A DNA stretch of 64,000 bases, from positions 930,001 through 994,000 of the forward strand of contig OZ361261.1 in assembly GCA_977018835.1 (NCBI GenBank), given 5' to 3'. The notes beneath the pieces were generated by a model. The model saw only the letters and a program-made list of their open reading frames with translations, ran no database searches and had not been told where the DNA came from. Positions 57,765-64,000 of the stretch are shown piece by piece. This DNA is from Minutocellus sp. GHC0000111. Lineage: Eukaryota. Position 1 is the stretch's first letter. Each line of letters opens with the position of its first letter. Made by a program: the position numbers and the translations under genes.

Positions 57765-58103
57765 CCTCATGTTGATGCAAGTCGACTGTGCGACCGCTGA
57801 GCGCTCCGTTGACGCCCTCGCGTGACACTCGGACCCGACCGTGAAGAGAGAGGGGTGCGCAAAGACCATTTTGGCATTGGATGTGCTGAGAAAGCGACTC
57901 CTGAGGGAGAGGCCGAGGCGTGTAGAGGCAGCACAGAGCAATCTGGTGCTGCTGTTGGGAGAGTTCGTCGCTCATCATTGACTGCTTGCTGGGTTTGTGA
58001 GGGGCAGGGCGCCACTGGTTGTGGTTCCAATCCAACTCGACTCATAACCTATTGAACCTGCCGCTGCTGCCGTCATTTTTGCTGCTTCCGTTCGTTCGTG
58101 GCC

Positions 58104-60032
58104 ATGAGCCCCGCCAACAACCGCCGTGGGTCTGCAGTTCTATCTGCTGCAGCTGCCGCTGCAATCGTCGTGGGAGCCTCATCTTCTGCGTCGCCGCAGC
58201 CGCCGCCGTGCTCCTCCTCACGACCACTCGCCACCGCTGCCGCCACCTCCACGTCGTCATTGCCCCTCAACGCACCGTTTGGCCTGAGCCGCAGTGCCGT
58301 GGAATCGTTGCGTGGCGGCGAGACAGAGCCCTCAGCATCAGCATCAGCGGCCGGTGATGGTCCCAATGTTCGTGGTGGTGCCGTCGGCGAGAAGAAGTCA
58401 AACCGAAAGAAGAAGAAGAAAAGTCGAAAGAAGAGCAAACAGACAAAGGCGGACAGTGGTGAAGCAGATGCAGGTGCAAATACTAATCCTGCCGATACTT
58501 CGAATCAAACCGAAACAACAGAGAAGGAATCTAGGCCCGAAAATGACGAGAAGCCATCAGAAGATAATAGTCAGCAGCACCACCATCGCTCGACACATTC
58601 ACATGCACACAGCCACCACAAGCAAAAATCAAAGTCCGGCACTGCTACTAGTAGCAATTCACAGCAAGATGCCATCATTGCCAGCATTATGGGTGCATCG
58701 GACCATTATGAGGTGTTAGGTGTAACCAAATCAGCCACCGAGGTGGAAATTAAAAAAGCATACCGTCGACGAGCCGTTCGAACGCACCCAGACAAGCTAG
58801 CAAACTCCGATCGAACGGCATTTGACAAGGTGGCCAAAGCCTATGAGGTTTTATCGGACGAAACGAAACGCGGATTGTATGATCGGTTCGGTGATGAGGG
58901 AGTAGAGGCGGGAGGCAACCCCAATCCTGGCTTCGGTGGGTTTGGATCTGGCGGTATGTTTGGCGCTGCAAGCGCCGAGGAGGTATTCAGTCGATATTTC
59001 GGCGGCACCGGTGGAAGAGGGGTGCCCAACAGTTTCAATCCTTTCCAACCTCGCAACATGAACAAGAAGTTTGAGATGGAGGTGGACCTGGAAGATCTCT
59101 ACAATGGCATCACCCGCAAGGTCACCATGGCACAACCGCCAACAACTCCCAACGGACGTCGAACCAGAAAGACCGTCGAAGTTACGATACAGCGAGGAAT
59201 GATGGCTGGACAATCGATAGTACTGCCAGGAGAGATGGATCAAGTTCCCAATTCAGCTCCAGCTGATATAATTTTTGTCCTGGCACAGCGGCGTCACGAG
59301 ACATTTACTCGACGAGGTCATGATCTCGCGATTGTTGTGACCATATCGCTTCGGGAGGCTCTATGTGGCTTTCGACGAAGCTTCATTCATCTCGACGGTA
59401 GGACAGTGGTCATTGCTCCGCCTCGCGGTAGGAAGATTTATCAAGAGAAGAAGCAAAAACAGATCGAACCAAATGCAGATGAAGAGGGTGAGACTGGCGG
59501 TGACGATGAAGTGGAACAGATCCCTCACGCAGCACCGATTATCATACGCTCTGGAGATATTCATGTCTTGAAGGGAGAGGGCATGCCAAAGCCTGCAGGA
59601 ATGAACTCCAGGGGCGGTGGCTATGGAGACTTGTACGTGCAGTACAAGGTAGAAATGCCATCCGCGGCATCTGGTGCTGGTAACAGTCTCACAATTGAAG
59701 AGCGTGATGAACTGGATCGACTACTCCGCAAGCTTGAAGGAAGTACGCCCAACGGCATGCAAGGGACGGAACTTATGGCAGAGGAGATCGATGCAGATGG
59801 GAACAAAATTCGCTACATGCAGCGGGCATCAGCCGAAGACTTTGGCAAAGCAAGTGGGCCTTTTGAAACATATGACCACCACGGCGAGGAGCACTTGTAT
59901 GGCGATGACGAGGACCCAAGCAGCAACAGCTTCTTCCAAGCGTTTGGTGGTCGTGGCTTTCCAACATCTGGTTTCCACTATTACTCATCATCCTCTGGGC
60001 AGGGTGGCGATCAACAATGCCAACAGATGTAG
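58104..60032 (+). CDS. DnaJ/Hsp40 chaperone (J domain, G/F region, C-terminal domain, no Zn finger)
   Basis: DHYEVLGV, EIKKAYR, HPDK, AYEVLSD, LEDLYNG, ISLREALCGF, KGEGMP, terminal CQQM CaaX-like motif. Confidence 0.92.
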   Translation: MSPANNRRGSAVLSAAAAAAIVVGASSSASPQPPPCSSSRPLATAAATSTSSLPLNAPFGLSRSAVESLRGGETEPSASASAAGDGPNVRGGAVGEKKSNRKKKKKSRKKSKQTKADSGEADAGANTNPADTSNQTETTEKESRPENDEKPSEDNSQQHHHRSTHSHAHSHHKQKSKSGTATSSNSQQDAIIASIMGASDHYEVLGVTKSATEVEIKKAYRRRAVRTHPDKLANSDRTAFDKVAKAYEVLSDETKRGLYDRFGDEGVEAGGNPNPGFGGFGSGGMFGAASAEEVFSRYFGGTGGRGVPNSFNPFQPRNMNKKFEMEVDLEDLYNGITRKVTMAQPPTTPNGRRTRKTVEVTIQRGMMAGQSIVLPGEMDQVPNSAPADIIFVLAQRRHETFTRRGHDLAIVVTISLREALCGFRRSFIHLDGRTVVIAPPRGRKIYQEKKQKQIEPNADEEGETGGDDEVEQIPHAAPIIIRSGDIHVLKGEGMPKPAGMNSRGGGYGDLYVQYKVEMPSAASGAGNSLTIEERDELDRLLRKLEGSTPNGMQGTELMAEEIDADGNKIRYMQRASAEDFGKASGPFETYDHHGEEHLYGDDEDPSSNSFFQAFGGRGFPTSGFHYYSSSSGQGGDQQCQQM

Positions 60033-60082
60033 CTTGCTAGTCTAGTAGTAGAACGTATTATTTATGATTAGATAGTTGAGAC

Positions 60083-61405
60083 TCACAGATCTAAACCTTG
60101 GATGGCATCACTAATCAGCATGCGAGCGGCCTCCTGGACAAAAGGTCTGCCCTTTTCGCTCATTTTCTTGCCCGCATTTGTCTTCGACCACGCCACAAGT
60201 ACAAAATGGCCTGTTGGCAAGCAGTGCAGATGCTCAGAAGATTCCAATAAATCACACAAATCACTCGATAAGAATATAATGTCTGACGAACCTCCACTTT
60301 CATCGTCTTGCATGATATTTCGTCGGCTTTTGCTGATGTAGCTTGAAACCATCTCCCTTCGTGGCCTCCGGCATAGACACCGGACACTGCAGCCTTTCAT
60401 TCCCTTTCGACAGTCCACAAACACTTTTGTCCATCCCAATGCATCCAGTGATTTCGACATGGTCAGAGTCTCGTCATTTTTTCCTGATCGGGTCCCAGAA
60501 GAGAGAAAATGCTTTGGTTGATCACATGCCTTGGTCTGAAACACCAGCGCTTCAATATCTCCAATGGCCCACCTATCCGACATGTCGCCTTCCACCAAAT
60601 AATGCGGTGAGTCGGAAAATTTATTAATCATCCCGGCAGTGGCTGTGGGAACTTGGGCGTCCGTGCCGAAGGCATTGATGAACGATATGCGTCTCCGAAA
60701 CATTGCCAATGGGCGAAGGTACTCATCCTTTGTTGCCATTGCATAGATCAAATCGTTGGCCTCGCTCTTGGTTTTGCTCTTCCTGCCCCCCAAACACGAC
60801 CACTTTCTACCCTTGCGACGATCAACTCTAAATAGATCCCTCCCCGTTTTGCCAAATAGAAAAGCAAAAATGTATTCCATGCAGCTCGGTAATATGAAAT
60901 ATGTGTGTGCAGCGATCCCAAGATGGGGGGTGGCTGCAGTACAAAAGTCCATTGGGTGCAGAATAACTTTTGTAGAACCAACATCAAACTCAAACGGCAT
61001 AACCGACAAAGCGAATCGGCTGTACATTCCGCCGAGGCTGTATCCAAAGAATGAGATCGAAGCATGATATTCGGCACTATTGGATTGTTGCGCGACCTTT
61101 ATTCTTCCCTTGACGTAGGCGCTTATAACATCTTGCACTTCTTTGGCCAATCGAGACCCACCAGCTGCAATGCCATCGAACGTCGACGTATTGTTGCATT
61201 TCACTCGATGGATAATTGCCTCCAGATGAGCATTGTCTTCCCTCTCGGCTAGCTCCTCAGACGCCTCATTCAATGCTTCCTCGAGAAACGATAGCTCCTC
61301 GTGGTTGCCCATGAATCCATGAATGAGAAAGATGAAATGTGACTCCATTCTGGGGTGGTGATGGGGTGAGTGACATAATGGCATTGTCAATTTATCGTAT
61401 TGCAA
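60083..61405 (-). CDS. DUF676 putative serine esterase/lipase (paralog of 47546-49915)
   Basis: FLIHGFMG, DGIAAGGSRLA, GYSLGGMYSRFA, TAATPHLG, NAFGTDAQVP. Confidence 0.85.
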   Translation of the reverse strand: MQYDKLTMPLCHSPHHHPRMESHFIFLIHGFMGNHEELSFLEEALNEASEELAEREDNAHLEAIIHRVKCNNTSTFDGIAAGGSRLAKEVQDVISAYVKGRIKVAQQSNSAEYHASISFFGYSLGGMYSRFALSVMPFEFDVGSTKVILHPMDFCTAATPHLGIAAHTYFILPSCMEYIFAFLFGKTGRDLFRVDRRKGRKWSCLGGRKSKTKSEANDLIYAMATKDEYLRPLAMFRRRISFINAFGTDAQVPTATAGMINKFSDSPHYLVEGDMSDRWAIGDIEALVFQTKACDQPKHFLSSGTRSGKNDETLTMSKSLDALGWTKVFVDCRKGMKGCSVRCLCRRPRREMVSSYISKSRRNIMQDDESGGSSDIIFLSSDLCDLLESSEHLHCLPTGHFVLVAWSKTNAGKKMSEKGRPFVQEAARMLISDAIQGLDL

Positions 61406-61749
61406 AGAGTGAGCGTTCTAATTTTACATGAGGAATTGCCGAAAGGCGAAACACATACAAATGAGAAGCGTCATAATGGCATTGTTGCCTACTTGCCTAC
61501 TTTGATCTTCCGCCAGGTCGCCGGTCGCCGGCCGTGTGCCGCCGTTGATTTTGGCCGGTTTCGACCACACATCATGTGCTTCTTACGAAAGAGACACGAG
61601 ACACAACCACAGATCTTATGAAGCTTCATCAAGTCCAGAAGATAAAACGGCTGCTGGCCTGTTGCTGCCCGCTTCCTATCCTCCCACCACAAGCATGATC
61701 TACAGCGGCAACATCGATAATAAGCACATATCTACGAGGCAATAAAGAT

Positions 61750-63994
61750 ATGTTTGGTGTATTCCAATCGGCCTTTGGCAGGCCAACACCTGCGCTCGCA
61801 TCGCCGCGTACAAACGCAGGCGTAGACGAAGGTGGCAACTCGACGCCTGATGCAAAGCAGCAGCAGCAAAAGCAAAGTAGACCTCCCGTCGATGTGATTG
61901 ACACGGCCAAAAAGGCAAACCGATCGTCAGCGCCGTTGTCATCGCCTGATGACACAATCTCGCCACTTGCCGGGGATGCGTCGACTGTGCCATCATCGTC
62001 ACCACCGACCGGTGGCAGCAGCAGCAGCAAGCTCATCGCCCAGAATCTGCGTGACATCATCAACAAAGAGAACATCCCTGCCCCGCCACTGTTGGGGTCG
62101 GAATCAGCTCGTCCCCCCAAAGCCCGAAGTGATAAGCCCCCTACAAGGACAGTCGCTGGTCGCAAGATAGGAAGAAGTAAAAAGCAGAAGAAGACCAAGA
62201 GATTTACCCTGCCCTTCCTCTTGGGATACGAGAATATGGTTCGTGGTCAAGACAATGCCGATGCCTCCACTCTTACCCATCTGCGACCGGTGTTTGACAA
62301 GCTGAGATACATTGGCGGAGATGCCGACGTCCAGCCGGCTGGTATGGGTATGTCTGACGGCAATGATTCCACCACAAGTCTTGGTGGTGGAGACGACCGT
62401 AGCACTGGTACCTCGGGAACTTTGGACACCTATGGTACTACCGACCGGAGCGATGCCGACAAGGAATCCGATGCCCTGTCCTACCTGACGTCTCTGTCCA
62501 ATCGCATTGACTTGGATGACGGTACACTTCTAACATTTGCGGCGATTGCACAATCCTTGGATGTTCTGACACGCAAGGAGGATGAGATGACGTGCGACAA
62601 TAATCTCATGCTCTTGCTTCAGTCAGTTACCGATGCTGTACTGTCTGCATCAACAACACAGGGTGATGAGATTGATGAAGAGTTTCAATGTGATGGTCTT
62701 ACATTCACTGAATTCTTCCATGCTTACCAAAGCGTTGTTATTAGCATTCGGGCCATGCGTCGATTTCCCAAAGAGGGCGAGGATCGTAAAGGCCGAACGA
62801 GAGACCGAGCCCAGCAGCTCGTGGCTTCTTTCATTCCGAGTGAAATCGTCGTAGAGGAGGAGAATATGGCAGATGTAGACCTGAACGAAAGTGATGACAA
62901 GGATATGGAGCAAGAGAAGGCAAGAGAATGGGTGCTTCTGTCAACATGGACCAAGGTACCATCGCCGAGCTCGAGCGCACAATCGAGACGCTCAAAGTAG
63001 AAAAGGAGGAGGCTGTAAATGAGGCAAAGAGGTTTCTCGATAGCAGGCTACAGTCGCTCGAGGTACAAACGAATTCACTCGAGATGCAACTCAAAGATTC
63101 TAAGCGTCAATATTTTGTAAGCACAGGCCAAACGATCAGCCTCTGAAGAGGAACAAGCGCAACTCCAAGAAACTGTGTCTGCTATGACGAAGAGGATAAA
63201 AACTCTGGAGGATGTCATTTGTGAAATAACAAATGAAAAGAAGGCATCCCTCGCGAAGGCACAAGAAGAACTTGATCAGACGACGTCAGTCTTCTCAAAA
63301 AGAATCCAAGCACTTGAAAGTGAGAAGCAGACACTGCTGGAATCAATCACTGCTAGGGATGATATCAATGCAAAAATGATAAGATCCAATGCCAAGAAAA
63401 CGATACTTCTGTGCAGTGCTGTCGCTCTTGCTGCAACTGCGGCTGGGGTTACAGGTACTGGCATGTGGAATAACGTGACTCTTGAAGAAGCACCGACGAT
63501 GAATAATGGGAATGTTTATACTAATTCAGATGAGTTGGAAAGTAACCCAAATGATGTTATCATCATCGGTGAGTCTATTCCAAACCCGACCAGTCATATC
63601 AGTCCTCGCTCGACCCATCATTTCGCGTTGAGAAACAAGATTAAGGTTGGAGGCAGATCGCATAGAGTGGAGAAAAGAAGCCCGAAAAGCACAAGAAAGG
63701 GCAGCATTCCATGAGCAAATGGATGCACCAATTATCTTTTCCCCCGAGACAGCCCCAATTTCCAATTCCAAGACAGCGAATGTCAATCGATTTGGTAAAA
63801 TTCGGAGTCACGTCGTTTCTGTCTTAAGCGGTGCTACTGTGATGGGACTTGCATCGAACATTTTCGCCGAGGGGGGCACATTTCTTGCTGGGGCGAGTGT
63901 GATTGGCAGTCCCATCGTACTTGTGACCTTGGTGGCAGGGATCGCCGCATTTGCTTTAGTTGGTCGTTTTGATGAAAGTTGCGAGAATTTATGA
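61750..63994 (+). CDS. Hypothetical coiled-coil membrane protein, split by about three frameshifts
   Basis: Consecutive + ORFs 61750-63000, 62928-63146, 63175-63714 and 63647-63994 with coiled-coil heptads and hydrophobic segments. Confidence 0.5.
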
Positions 63995-64000
63995 GTCCAC

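Larger units (their letters stand above)
56347..57978 (-). pseudogene. TSTD2-like UPF0176 rhodanese, hypermutated copy
   Basis: GRVRVSREGVNG, LLDARSVCES (vs D.RN.YE), CTCCAGGVRCERAS (vs MYCTGG.RCE), ICQLKGGIQRRL (vs YQL.GGI..Y), GRNFVFD.R; one Tyr in the 562-aa ORF. Confidence 0.85.

Noticed and set aside
55762..57978. Alternative genetic code (TGY/CAY read as Tyr)
   Set aside because: Neighbouring genes use TAY for Tyr normally, and TA loss also affects intergenic DNA and codon junctions.
55557..58055. Many long overlapping ORFs in all frames as real overlapping genes
   Set aside because: They are a by-product of the absence of TAA/TAG in TA-free DNA.
47546..61405. DUF676 pair (and the two UPF0176 rhodaneses) as the duplication that triggered hypermutation
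   Set aside because: The paralogs are anciently diverged, sharing only motifs, and the DUF676 and TrhO copies keep their Tyr and TA.

Overview
Gene-dense eukaryotic DNA, most likely from a diatom (inferred from short GT-AG introns, ASAFAP-like plastid presequences, eEF3 and LNR-repeat and RXL-motif proteins). It holds about 28 protein-coding loci, including PPR, apyrase, eEF3, GH47, signal peptidase, ClpR, MoaE, bestrophin, RecQ, a signal-peptide proteasome beta subunit, TrhO, JmjC, Ulp1, two DUF676, a SET-like protein and DnaJ. A 4.44-kb TA-flanked mariner-type DNA transposon (22618-27057) carries a second, convergent gene. The most striking signal is a ~3-kb island (~54.85-57.95 kb) with three decayed genes (SDR, NAA20, TSTD2-like rhodanese). 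In my manual scan about 2.2 kb of it has no TpA dinucleotide. Conserved Tyr codons have become Cys (TGY), His (CAY) or Arg (CGY). This points to a regional, double-stranded A:T->G:C hypermutation targeted at TpA, the mirror image of fungal RIP. Many other genes show single frameshifts or stops, which may be assembly errors. All family assignments come from recalled motifs; no database search was run.
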